Positions 38,859-51,822 of a stretch of DNA of 64,000 nucleotides are shown piece after piece (the stretch's first letter is position 1; every line of letters begins with the position of its first letter). Origin of the DNA: Octopus sinensis (Eukaryota); the NCBI RefSeq assembly GCF_006345805.1, contig NC_042998.1, positions 137,392,001 through 137,456,000 of the forward strand. Reading direction: 5' to 3'. The notes beneath the pieces were generated by a model, which saw nothing but the letters and a program-made list of their open reading frames with translations, searched no databases and had not been told where the DNA came from. The translations under genes were made by a program, and so were the position numbers.

Positions 38859-39811
38859 ACAACAACAACAACAACAACCTCAGGACCTTACTGCCTTAAG
38901 TCTTAGGATACACTGGACTGGTTACTCGGTTTCCATAGCATAGAAGGCACTGAGATCACAACATTCCCACTGAACAGAACACCAGGCAGTCACAGCAATA
39001 CTAATTTACAGAGAGTGTTTTGCTCAAGAATACAACATACCACCTGGCTCAGGAATTGAAACCATGATCTTGCAATTGTGAGTGCAACACCCTATCCACT
39101 CACTTAATTTGATATAATTTATTTAATTAGTTTTCTTTCACCTCAGATGAAATAAAATGTCTTTCTTTAATATTTATCATTAAGTTGTTTAATCAGGCAC
39201 CAAAAATTTAGTCACTTTTAACTTTGTTACTGAAATACTGAAAATATCAGATGGGGTTTGCACCTAACTAGTCTTTCAAATATATTGAGTGAGGCAATAT
39301 TATTTCCAGTGATTGTTGCCAATATTAACTGTTAAAACGGTGAAGGTGTTCCATAGAAGAAAAATTAAATGTGTCTCAAGGTAATATTTCTTCAAGTTAT
39401 GAAAGTGATGAGAAGGAAAATCAGTGAAGTTAGTGCTTGGCAGAATTAATTGAGCAGGATTAATTTCTGGAATCCTACCAGAACATGGAACTATAAATTC
39501 AATAGTTCTGATAGTAAGACAAACACAAATTGGTTACTGATAAATACGTAGTATTTTATCTTGTATTTGTTGAAGTTTTTTAGACAGGATATCTTGGTTT
39601 GTAGTCAGGTTAATCACATAAAAGGTGGGCATAGATGAATTGCATGAAAGCTGTTCAAACAATAAGTTGAAAGTAAAACTAGGTCAGAGAATAGGGTGAA
39701 ATTTAGTTCATTTATAACATATTCAAAAAAATCTTAATTTTCATTTCAGTCTTGTCTCATAGAAATCTAATAAACCAAGTATGGTTGTAGTTCAGTTACT
39801 TACTTTAGGAA

Positions 39812-39852
<41 letters not shown>

Positions 39853-39855
<3 letters not shown>

Positions 39856-40411
39856 GGGTGTAACCAGCCCACTTACGCGTACCTTTCCTTCATTAGACAC
39901 TAAACTCTGCTTGTGAAGACCTGTTGAGGTAAGTGAAATCGAAATTGAAATCAAATTCGATGACTGGCATCCGTGCTAGTGGAATGCTAAGAGCACCATC
40001 CAAGCGTAATCGTTGCCAAAGCAGCTGATTGGCTTCCGTGCTGGCGGCATGTAAAAAGCACCATTCGAGCATGATCATTACCAGCGTCACCTTACTGGCA
40101 CATGAAAAAACATTCGAGCGAGGTCGTTGTCAGTGCTGCTGGACTGGCTCCTGTGCAGTGGCACGTAAAAAACACCATTTGAGCATGGCCGTTGCCAGTA
40201 CTGCCTGCCTGGCCCTCGTGCCGGTGGCACGTAAAGGCACCCACTACACTCTCAGAGTGGTTGGCATTAGGAAGGGCATCCAGCAGTAGAAACTCTGCCA
40301 GATCAAGATTGGAGCCTGGTGCAGCCATCTGGTTCATCCAGTCCTCAGTCAAATCATCCAATCCATGCTAGCATGGAAAGCAGACGTTAAATGATGATGA
40401 TGATGACGATG

Positions 40412-40412
<1 letters not shown>
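39853..40412 (+). mobile_element. Family C retroposon, long young copy
   Basis: Four internal GGCA(C/T)(G/A)T(A/G)AAA subrepeats, RTE-type tail GTTAGGAAGGGCATCCAGC...GACGTTAAATGATGATG, many CpGs. Confidence 0.75.
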
Positions 40413-40464
<52 letters not shown>

Positions 40465-40863
40465 TATAAAAGAAAAAGAAAATGGAAAAAGTGACATATA
40501 GACATCAATTTATTAAAACAAATCCTATTTTGAACAATATTAAACTCATACAACCTACAATTGCTTCCATGTCCAATGAATTCAAATTAGAAATAGCTAC
40601 ATTAAATTAAAGATTCATATTGAATATAGTTAATTGAACATTTCATCAGGGTCAGAACTTGATTGAAAAAAGAAACTACATCACAATGTGTTGATTGACC
40701 ACTGGTAGACTCAGCAGTAAATTCAGGTATGTGTGCTTGTGCATTCTAATGTATTTTAAAAACCGTTTATAGTTTAAAATACATACACTGAATACATGCA
40801 GGCAATAATGTTTACAACACAAGTGCTGCTTTTAATTCACTATTGAATAGAAAAATGTGTCGG

Positions 40864-40936
40864 TGGCCAACCATGAGACTCAAACTCACATCTCTGTGAT
40901 TACACATCCATGCTTTACTTTTAAGCTAAACTGACC
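40864..40936 (-). pseudogene. Decayed tRNA-like sequence (possibly Thr-TGT; could be a SINE head)
   Basis: 73 nt with D stem GCTT/AAGC, T stem GTGAG/CTCAT with loop TTTGAGT, and a wobble-rich acceptor stem; the anticodon stem is broken. Confidence 0.45.
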
Positions 40937-41193
40937 CAATGAAAAATTCTTTTGCAAATTTAGGATATATAAATCTAGCTTTATAAGATGCTATCATATG
41001 TTAAATTCAAATTACAATGAAAGTAAACAAACAAAGCGTTGAAATTTATTGAAAGATAAGGAAATAATTTTATTCTCAAATGCAGGATAATGCTAATAAT
41101 ATAGCATGAACAGGATAATCTACCCATATTTTGCAGAAAAATGTGTCAGCTTCCAAGGCAAACTTTGTTTACTTTCATCGTAATTTGAATTTA

Positions 41194-41240
<47 letters not shown>

Positions 41241-42359
41241 GCATATGTGTGTGTGTGTGCTACATGTGGAAAGGTGTGGCCCTCCGTTGGAGGATAGAAA
41301 AGGCATGTCAAAAGAATTCACACTGTTGCACCTATTTCTTCTGCCAGCCAGCACAGCTGCATTTTATGTAATAGAAACTCTCTAGTGGGTGAGTTGTGTA
41401 GGGACCTCACTTGGTCCTGCCTGAGATTTGAAACCAAATCTACCCACTTGTTACTTGTCAAAACAAGCAGGAAATCCTCTCCAGTCCAGATGATTGATGG
41501 GAAAACACTTAATCCCCCCTCCCAAGGACCTGTTCTTGTCAGTCCTTTGTTTAGGGTTTGACCTACATTACTGACCATTTTCTATATAACAGGGAGCATT
41601 TCCTATCTCTTCCTCTTTTGCGTCAGCCATAACCAAGGGCAGCACTTTCCCTTTGCCATCTACTCAACATATGAAGAGAAGCTTTCCGCCACAAGAAAGA
41701 CAATGCCACCTTTATCCTTTCTTCCTTTCTAGTCAGCACCATACATTCCTTACTCTTTCCCTTTCTACTGGCAGACAACAGCTTCTTTGCTTCAACTACC
41801 AACTAGCAAGCGAACTTGTTGTCACTGCCACTACAATTACTGCTGTATCTCTAACTACATGTCCAACAAACAAATAAATATATGTAAATAGTATTTCTTT
41901 CTTCTTGGTGTTGATTCTGTGATGTTCACTGTTGCTTCGATGCAAGAACCTTCAAGCATTACATCTACACGCTACATTTGGTAGTGGGCTACATCATATC
42001 GAACTGATATGACATGTCACTTCAGCCTGCTTCATATGTGTTTTGTTTGTTCACTAGTTCACTGTGGTATAGTACCTGGGAAATGACTCCCTCATTACAC
42101 TGGGCATTAAAACATGTGAATGTCATAGACAGGTGAGACAACTCACTCATGATTATTTCACTGTTATTTCACCATTTTTTGTGACTTATCAGTGAAGTTA
42201 GTGCCTGGCAGAATTAACTGAGCAGGAGGGGCAAATTCAAATACCAGTCCATGACAATATATATAAATGTTGGCAAAACCATTTGCTGACAAGACCACTC
42301 AACCCCGATCCCATTCAGGATTGATGGATACTAATATTTCACAAACATGATGATTAGGG

Positions 42360-42485
42360 GTAGGAGTGGCTGTGTAGTAAGTAGCTTGCTTACAAACCAC
42401 CTTGGGGAAGTGTCTTCTACTATAGCCTTGGGCTGACCAAAGCCTTGTGAGTGGATTTGGTAGATGGAAACTGAAAGAAGCCCAT

Positions 42486-42528
<43 letters not shown>

Positions 42529-42722
42529 TTTATTTAAAGCAGCAGAAAATTCAACAAAACCTGTTACTCTGAGTTTCCCGTTGCCGTTCATGAACGGCAA
42601 CGGGAAACTCAGAGTAACAGGTTTTGTTGAATTTTCTGCTGCTTTAAATAAAGCATATTACTCTACCACTGGTATCTGAGTACTCTTTTTTCCACCTTGT
42701 TTCACATTTATGTGTTTACTCT

Positions 42723-42783
<61 letters not shown>

Positions 42784-43008
42784 ATATGTTTGTGTGTCTG
42801 TATTTGTCCCCCCAACATTGCTTGACAACTGATGCTGGTGTGCTGGTGTTACAACCCCGTAACTTAGCGGTTCGGCAAAAGGGACCGATAGAATAAGTAC
42901 TAGGCTTACAAAGAATAAGTCCTGGGGTCGATTTGCTCAACTAAAGGCGGTGCTCCAGCATGGCCACAGTCAAATCACTGAAACAAGTAAAAGAGAGTAA
43001 AAAGAGAT
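42360..43008 (+). mobile_element. SINE family A split by a palindromic insert in its central (TA)n
   Basis: Head at 42360-42488, tail at ~42775-43008. Confidence 0.8.
42528..42653. repeat. Perfect 126-bp palindrome (63-bp arms, no spacer)
   Basis: CTTTATTTAAAGC...GTTCA|TGAAC...GCTTTAAATAAAG; centre between 42590 and 42591. Confidence 0.97.
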
Positions 43009-43373
43009 GATAAGCCACAAAAATGGTGAAACATCAATATCCATCTCTTCTGAATGGGAATGGGGGTGAGTTGTTTCACCTGTCTATGACTTTTAGGTGT
43101 TTTAACACCCAGCGTAATGAGGGAATCATCTCTCAGATGCTATACCATAGCAAACTGGAGAACAAGCAAAGTACATACATTGAATACACTGATGCTGGTG
43201 CCACATAAAAAGCACTGGTAATAATGGTACATAGAAAACACTGATGCTGGTGCTGCATAAAAAGCATTAATTTAATGCCAGCATGGAAAATGGACATTAA
43301 ATGGTGATGATGAAGATGAAGATGATGATAATGATGATGAGGATACAGACATAAATATGATGATGGCACATAC

Positions 43374-43404
<31 letters not shown>

Positions 43405-43417
43405 TGTATGTATGTAC

Positions 43418-43448
<31 letters not shown>

Positions 43449-45374
43449 TGTATGTATGTATGTATGTATGTATGTATGTATGCATGCATGTATGAATGTA
43501 TTATTATCACATCATTTAATACCCATGTTTCATGCTGGCATAGATTGGACAAGTTGACTGGATCAGATGAGTCCAAGGACAATATCATGCTGCAATGTCT
43601 ATATTGTGTGTGTGTGTGTTTGTCTGTCCCACTCCCCATTGCTTGACAGCTATTGTCAGTTTGTTTACATCCCCATAGCTAAGTAGTTCAGCAAAAGAGA
43701 CCAATGGAATTAGTGTGAGGCTTAAAATTAAGTACTGTGGTCAATTTACTCAACTAAAACTCTTCAAGGCAGTGCCCCAGCATGGCCAACTTCCATTGAC
43801 TGAGACAAGTAAAATAGAAAAGATAAAAGATAGCATTTGGTAAAAATATAATACTTGTTTTACACCTGCTGATAATAAAGTTACTCAGCCTGCACAATAG
43901 ACAAACTTGAAGCTTGTGTTAAGAATGTGAAGATATATTTTCTTTTATAAATCAATATAAAGGTTAATTTGAAAAATCAGTTGAGTTGAAAAAGTGTGTT
44001 AAAAGCATTTCTTAATATATGCAGAGAGACAATAGCAGTCTTTTTAATTAATTGTTGTAAGAAAATGCTTTTGTATAATGGAAAATGAGAATTATCAGAC
44101 TTAAAACCTTAAAGTGTGTTGGAGTTGTTTCTGAGAAATTTAGCTGAGCTTGTATACAAGTATCATCATCATACTAGTGATATCATTTGTTTCCAATCTT
44201 TCATGAAAATGTCAAGCCATGGGGGAATATTACCTTGCTCGGAAATAGGTCGAGGGTTCAATTAATTACTCAGAAGTGGAGGAGCAGTATTCATGACTGT
44301 TATAGGCCTTCCTACATTGGTGCAATTGATGTGGTTAATGTTCAGTTTGAACCTTGACAGCAGCAAGCAAGCAGAATCATTAGCATGTTGGATTAAATGC
44401 TTAGTGACATTTTGTCCCATCTTCATATCCTCAGCTCAAGTTCTGCTAGGGTCAGCTTTGTCTTTCTCCTTTTCAGAGAAAATAAAATGATAAGTACCAG
44501 TTGAGCACTGAGGTCGATGTAATTGACTTACCTCTTCACCCAAATTTGCTGGCCTTGTGCCAAAATTTGAACTTTTTAAAGGCAAGAACTACAGACAAAA
44601 TATAGGCTTGGTAAAATTTCAGATAGTTGCATTTGTGGAGAGAAATGATTGCACATAGTGTATAACGGAGGAACCGAAGGATGAGAAAATATGAATGATG
44701 AGAGGAGGGGAGGTAGATTTGTTGAGTGGGCCTAGGTGAACAAGGTAAGCAGTTAGCTACTTAAAGTGAGCAGAAGCTGTTTTAGTCGATATGTTGATGG
44801 ACTCTTATGTCCACAATTTCTTGCTGAACAACCTCCATAGATAATTTATTTAATAATTTGTTTATGAGGATTAACTATTTGTGTGTACATTAGCTCACTC
44901 CCACCATAAAATTGCTTGGTACAAATTTCCAGATGCAAATGCACTGTGTATCACAAATCAGATGCCTAAATGGTCATAGAGCAATGTGGAATAAAGTGCT
45001 TCACTCAAGAACACAACAGACTGCTCAATCTGTGAAATGAAACCATGATCTTGTTGATCATGAGTGCAACACCTTAACGACCAGGCTATGCACTTTCATT
45101 ATGTAGTAGGTATCAAGAAGTAGAAAGAAGAAACTGTGTTTGTGAGACAGCAGTTGGGAGCGAGTCTTTATCAAACAGTTTTTTTTAGCCTTTTTATACT
45201 ATCACAATATACCTGTATGCATAAGCAACAGCATCCCAAAATATGTAAGCATTATTCTAATGTGGAACACACTCAGGCTCTGTAAAATATCAGCAACTGA
45301 TCAGGGTTGATGTCTTTTCTGTCTATAGAGATAAAGCCCAGTCACTGAGGTATAGTTTTGGCAATGATATCTTA

Positions 45375-45722
45375 TATTGTTTATTTGTTTCAGTCACTGG
45401 ACCATGGCCATGCTGTGGCACCTCTATAGTCAAACAAATCAATACCCAGTACTTTTTCTTTGTAAATTCAGGTACTTACTCTATCAGTCTCTCATGCTAA
45501 ACTACTAAGTTACAGGAACATAAACAAACCAGCACTGGTTGTCAAGCAGTGAAGAGACAGACACAAAAACAAAGATACACACACATAGCACACACACATA
45601 CACCCACGTGCGTGCATATGCACATGAAGATATTTAGCAATAATATATGATGAGCATAGTAGAAGACACTTGTGCAAGGTGCCATGCAGTGGGACTGAAC
45701 CCAAAACAATAGGGCTGAGAAG
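45375..45722 (-). mobile_element. SINE family A
   Basis: Reverse-complement tail plus a partial head. Confidence 0.65.
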
Positions 45723-45939
45723 CATACATTAGTATCTCTCTCTTGAGAAGAATATAACATGAATAGATGGTGGAGGTCAGGTGGTGAAAAAATATTCTCA
45801 AAGATGAAGTGTAAAGTAATTAATTGTGGTAGGTGTACTACACAAAGCTGTTACATCAAACCGATTATTATTGGAACTCACAGTTGGTAAAAAGCTAAGA
45901 GAGATGCTGTGTTACCAAAGACTTTAATTTATAACTGAA

Positions 45940-45943
45940 TGGA

Positions 45944-45995
<52 letters not shown>

Positions 45996-46490
45996 CGATG
46001 ATGATGGCGATGATGACGATGACGATGATGACGATGACGATGATGATGATGATATGATAACAATGATGATGACAATGTCAATGATGTTGAGGTGGTGGTA
46101 GTGGTGGTGGGTGTTGATAACAATGATGATGAGGAGAAAAAGGAGTATAATGATGATGGTGACGATGATGCAGAGGAGCGGTGGAGAAGGTGGTGGTGGA
46201 GGAGAAGAAGGAGGAGGTGGATGGGAGGGAGGGAGGAGAATGGGGTGGAGGATGCAGTGGTGATGATGTTGCTGCTGCAATTGATGTTGAAGACGACAAT
46301 GATAATGTTAAGATGATAGGTTGTAGTAGTGATGACGGCAGTGGTGGCGGTGGTGGTGATGATGATAATAACGACGACGATGATGTTGACAATGAAGACA
46401 ACAATAATGATGATTATGTTGAAGATAATGGTAATGTCGGTGATGGTGGGGGAGATGATGATCGTGGTGGTGGTGATAATGATACTGTGT
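45940..46490. repeat. GAT/GGT/GGA trinucleotide mosaic
   Basis: Directly visible. Confidence 0.9.
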
Positions 46491-46559
46491 GTGAAGCACT
46501 TATTTAGGTTTCCAATTGAAACCTCCCATCCCCTTTACTACTAATGTCCACTAATAACC

Positions 46560-47163
46560 ATTGGAAAAGGAATGCATGTCACAACACTTGTTTACTTGTC
46601 CACTCACCAACTTACCACGCTACTCTTCAGAATCGATAGAACTGATCGTTTCCAATACCAAAAGGTTCAGTAATTTATCCTATTAGTGTACGAGATAAAT
46701 ATTGACTGTGTGTGCGCGTATGTGTGTTCCAACTAAAAGTACACTATTGTGTGCTGGAAACGTTCTGTACGTGCTGTAAAATTTATGTATGCTTGCATCA
46801 ATTTATCTATCTACCTATCTATCTATATATTGATCAATCGATCCCTCTGTCTCTAAGTAATTAACCTCAGATATTTTTGTTAAAAACTCAAAATGACGAT
46901 GACGACGGCGGCTGCGGCGGTGGTGGTGGTAGTGGTGGTTGTGGAGTGGCGATGGCGGTGGCGGTGGTGGGGGTGGAGGTAGTGGTGGTGGTGGTGGTGG
47001 TGGTGATGATGATGATGATAACGACGACCGAAGCGCTGGCGACGAAGATGACATAAACGATGATGGTGATACTTTTTTTTTACTACTCAGCGCACATTTC
47101 GGATATGTGTACGGGTGTAAAATATACATACATACATACGCACGCACACACATACACACACAC

Positions 47164-47226
<63 letters not shown>

Positions 47227-48281
47227 TTTTTTCTCCAAAGAAAAAGTTGTGAAGTTGTTAATAGCAATTCACTAACGCACTTATCTAATTATTTATTTAT
47301 TCAATCATTGATTGGCAACACCGGAATAAAATACTTCATTCAGTCTTTTAATACTTTTCCCCATCCCTAGTTCCCATTTATATTCTCTCGAAGGATTGCA
47401 TAAGTCTTTATTAATTGATCAACAATTTACTATATAATAAAACAAATGACTCTCTCTCTGTCTCTCTCCCGCTCTCTTCTATGCTGCCTACCCCTCTGAG
47501 TTGGACGAGTTTATTTTGTAATCTACTACACCTTCCACCCCCGTAACGTTGTGGCAATCGCAACATCATTGTCTCGGCTGTGACGATGTATCTCTGTCAG
47601 TCCTGTTTATCGCATCCCGTATATCCAACGTGTGGGGGGAAACTCCATGCTTCTTCCTTTTAACAACAACAAAACGTTGGCTTTGACAAGTTCAGGTAAG
47701 TCGAAACGATATCTTCGTGTCTCAATTCATTCTGTTCTTTTGCTTAAATGAAAAACCTGTTTTCTTTTTATTGTAATCATTACGTATCGTTAGACTCGAA
47801 TGAAATATCATTCAAACTAAATGGAATGAATAATAAATATATAGATAAATATGTTGAAATTTTCATACTACAAATACTTTACCAGGTTATTCATTTCCTT
47901 CCAACGCATCCTTTCTTCAAATCATATTCTTCAAAGACATTTCCGGTTAAATTCTATGCCTTAAGTTTTTTAAATTTCTTATTTATATTATTTAAGCCTG
48001 TGAAATACACACACACACACGTATATATGTGCATGCGTGTGTGGGTGTATATAATATATACACATATATTTGCGTGTGTGTATGTATATAAAAGATAAAC
48101 ATACACATGTGTATGTGTGCGCGTATATATTATATATACATACATCATATATACACGCACACACTTATGTACATGTGTATGCTTATATAATATATATATA
48201 TACACACGCGCACAAATATGTGTACATATTATATACACCCACACACGCATACACAAATATATACAAGTGTGTATTTGTATG

Positions 48282-48320
<39 letters not shown>

Positions 48321-48742
48321 ACTATTATATCGAATCGACTGTTTAGAATAAAGAATCTTGTATATGTGTTTACATTGATGATATCAAACTTTCATGTAAA
48401 TACCGGGTGTCTTCAATTCTCGTCTTTGACCATTATTCTTCATCTGTTGTCTGCTTTCAGTAATTGCTTCTGCCCTACTGTTTATTTCTTGGTAATTAGG
48501 GGTTCAGATTTTTAACATCTTAAGCATTCTCACCAATTACAGTAATTAATAAACTTTTCGAATCTACTGGAGGTAAATACATACATTTGTAAATAGCTTT
48601 TTTGTTTATATCTTATCGTATAAATACACAGAATTGATCGATACTTCCTTCTTAATATAAGGATGCACGAGTCCTTTCAACCCACTGATCACTCACACAC
48701 TCATTCTCTTTCCCATACACACACGCGCGCGTGTGTGTATAT

Positions 48743-48789
<47 letters not shown>

Positions 48790-49460
48790 GAATTCTTCAG
48801 TATTGTCATGTTGATTTGATTGTTTTGTATCTGCTAAGGTTTCCAGGAATCCTATCTCGGGTCAATTAAAGTAATGCTGCCATCGTATACTGTCTATGTA
48901 CTATATATAATACTGTACATGTCTCTACTGCAGCTTTCTGTGTACCATATATTCAAAAACTAAATATAGTTGCCTGAGAACTGAGACAGCAATTTGTCCA
49001 AACCGCTCTGCCTACATGCTCAACCACATGTACGCACACTCAGCCTTCCATATGTCAAAATACTCCTTTTCTCCACGTATTATTGTTTTATTTATATCTA
49101 TTCTAGCAATACGGTTTCAATTCTAATCCATCGACTAACTACCGAACGAAAATTCTTGGGTGTTTACATAAACTGGAACTTTATTCTGGAGTGCTTTCAA
49201 AACAAATCACCCAGAATTTGTCATATTTTCTCCTTTATTTAAATTTTTTTTTATCGTTTTAGTTGCTCAGTGTGGGTTCAGTATAAAACAAATGAATACA
49301 ATTCTGTGAAGAAATATTTCTTTCCGCGATCTTCTAACCAGCTCTCTAGATTTATACAAACACTCATAAGATAATGGTAAAGATCTGCTGTGTTTACATT
49401 TTTCCATTTAGCTAAAATATAATATCAACATCATGCCAGATTTCTGTTTCTGTCAAACGG
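46560..49460. promoter_or_regulatory. CpG-retaining island, likely promoter region
   Basis: CG dinucleotides are frequent even in non-repeat DNA and in TG/CA microsatellites (GCGCGT, ACGCAC), unlike the CpG-poor remainder of the window. Confidence 0.55.
47460..47695 (+). other. Candidate first exon (start approximate) ending at a consensus donor
   Basis: TCAG|GTAAGT at 47695/47696, TATA-like TATATAAT at ~47431, and a CT-rich tract. uORF MYLCQSCLSHPVYPTCGGKLHASSF* (ATG 47586). A second ATG (47647) is open to the donor: MLLPFNNNKTLALTSS. Confidence 0.45.
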
Positions 49461-50403
49461 AACTCGTCCAAAGAATTTTCTTTTCGTTCTTCTTTTTATT
49501 TATTTATTTTTACTTCTATATTTTTCGATAAGTTTTGACAATATTTTAATGCTTTCATTGCATAATTACTTCTTCACTTCACCTCCCAGCTCTGTATTAA
49601 AATGTGTTGCTTTTCTTTTCTTTTTTCTTCCTTTTGTTGTTGATAAAATACTTTCATGACTGACTGAGTTCGTTTACTGACAAATTAAATTTGGTAAATT
49701 ACTGAGCATGTTTATAGGATCGATAAAAAATATTTAGATCACATTGCTTTCTTCCAATATCAATAGAAAAGCGCAATAGGGTTGTATGACTTTCATGCAG
49801 ATTCCCACTTCTCCCCAAAAAGACAATATAAATTGGGAGCCCTGTTATAAGAAATTGTCCCTAAAAGACGGCGAGTTTGTCTCAACTCAGAAATATGTAA
49901 TTTTTGTTTGTAATTTTTCTCATTAAAAAAAATATACTACTTGAATTTAAAGATTCCAAAATGAGTGTAAGCTTCTCTTGAGGAAATAGCTCCTTCATCT
50001 TTCTCTTTCAAGAACACACACAAATACTCGACCCACCACCTGATATATATGTGTGTGTGTATCAGTATCGTAATTTTTTTTAACGTCCACTATTCCATGC
50101 TTGCTTGGGGTAGATGCAGTTGATCACAGTAGGTTTTCTACTGCTTGATGCCCTTCTTGTTGCCAATCTTCAGTATTGTCATGTCGATTTGATTGTTTTG
50201 TATCTGCTACGGTTTCCAGGAATCCTATCTCGTGCAAATTTGTATTATTTGATTCTGTCTGAAGAATTTCGAATAGGAAATAACTTATGTTTCCCCATGT
50301 ACAATTTTGTAATTCTTATTAGCAAATGAATCACTTGTAATAACAAATAAATAATGCCCCAATTTTTCCCAATCTCGTGTTTTCACACACACACACACAC
50401 ATA

Positions 50404-51635
50404 TGAGGATGGATTGAAAAGTTTATAGACTGACTATGAAGAAGTTATACTTGAACTGTGAAAGCTTGTATGCATTACTTTCAGCCCTTCTTATTAATAA
50501 CTGCATTGTTTCTTTCCAGGTGAACTGACATCTGACTGTTCAAAAAAGACTTTAAAAGTAACTAGTAGCAACTTCTCTTGAAAATCGACAAAATTTGGAC
50601 ATCATAGTGTTATCAAGTACCTGCAGAAAAATAGTTTAGCCCCTAAAGACATTCATACTGACATGGTTGCTACATTAGGGGATGACGAACCAGCTTTATC
50701 AACATTGCAAAAGTGGGTAGCTGAATTTATAAGGGGAAGGTAGAGTCTTGAAGTTGACCCAAGATCTGCACATCCTGCAACTGTCAACACCCAGGAAAAC
50801 ATCATTTGTGTTTACCACATGGTGATAGATGACAGTTGATTAACTACAAACCAAATAGCCAATGCCATGAGAGAGTTAAGAATATTCTGTATAATGAACT
50901 TGGCATGACAAAGGTTTCTTTTCAGTGGGTGCCACTCTTCTGACACCTGATCAAAAACGCACCAGGCTGATCATATCACAGGAAAATCTGACATTGTTTG
51001 AAGTAGATCCAGCTGGTTTCTTTGAACATTTTCTAAGCCACTTTGAGCCAGAGACAAAGAGACAATCCATGCAGTGGAAACACCTCTCCTCAACTGCTCC
51101 AAAGAAGGTCATGGTTGTTTCATCCACAGGGAAGGTGATGCCTTAGTTTTTTTGGAATGCCAAAAGCATTATGCTTATTGACTATTTTCAAAAGGGCCAC
51201 ACCATCAATGGAGAGTACTATGCCAACATGCTGAGGCAGTTACGAAAGGCTGTGAGTAACAAACGTCCAGGAAAACTGACGAAAGGGGTCTTGTCTCATG
51301 AGGATAATGCTCCAGCATACAAATCCTTGGTTTCAATGGCTGCTGTGCATGGCTGTGGCTTTGAACTGGTTCAATTTCCCTCTGCTTTTGATTTGGCCCC
51401 ATCTGACTATCATCTATTCCCTGACATGAAAAATGCCTGGCTGGGAACTAGTATATGATGATTACTTTTTTGATCAAAAGAATGAAAGCTTGTTCACCAA
51501 TAGGATCCAAGCACCACAACACCAATGGAAGAAATGTATAGGCAGCAAGGGCAACTTTGTGGTAAAATAAACTTTATTTGGTCATATTCTATGAGAATAT
51601 CCTAGTCAGCCTGTGAACTTTACAGCCAACCCTTG
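50404..51635 (+). mobile_element. Decayed mariner (DD34D-type) transposon with both TIRs
   Basis: TIRs TGAGGATGGATTGAAAAGTTTATAGACTGAC and GTCAGCCTGTGAACTTTACAGCCAACCCTTG. Motifs HFEPETKRQSMQW, TINGEYYA, HEDNAPAY and DLAPSDYHLF. The first catalytic Asp region is deleted. Confidence 0.92.
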
Positions 51636-51822
51636 TGTGTGTGTGTATGAATATGAGAGAGATGTGTGTGTGTGTGTGTAATGAAAGCAGTGAACACAAA
51701 AAGGAAGAAAACACATTTGTTAAAACTTGTGCCTCCTGTATGTATACACACACAGTTTATCACCACTGAATTTTTATCTTGCAGCTTGAGTTTCATATCA
51801 CTGCTATTTTCAAATTATATTA

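Noticed and set aside
41240-41720. GC-richer non-repetitive block with an 86-aa minus-strand ORF
   Set aside because: No motif recognised; it may be a retroelement UTR but I cannot support a call.
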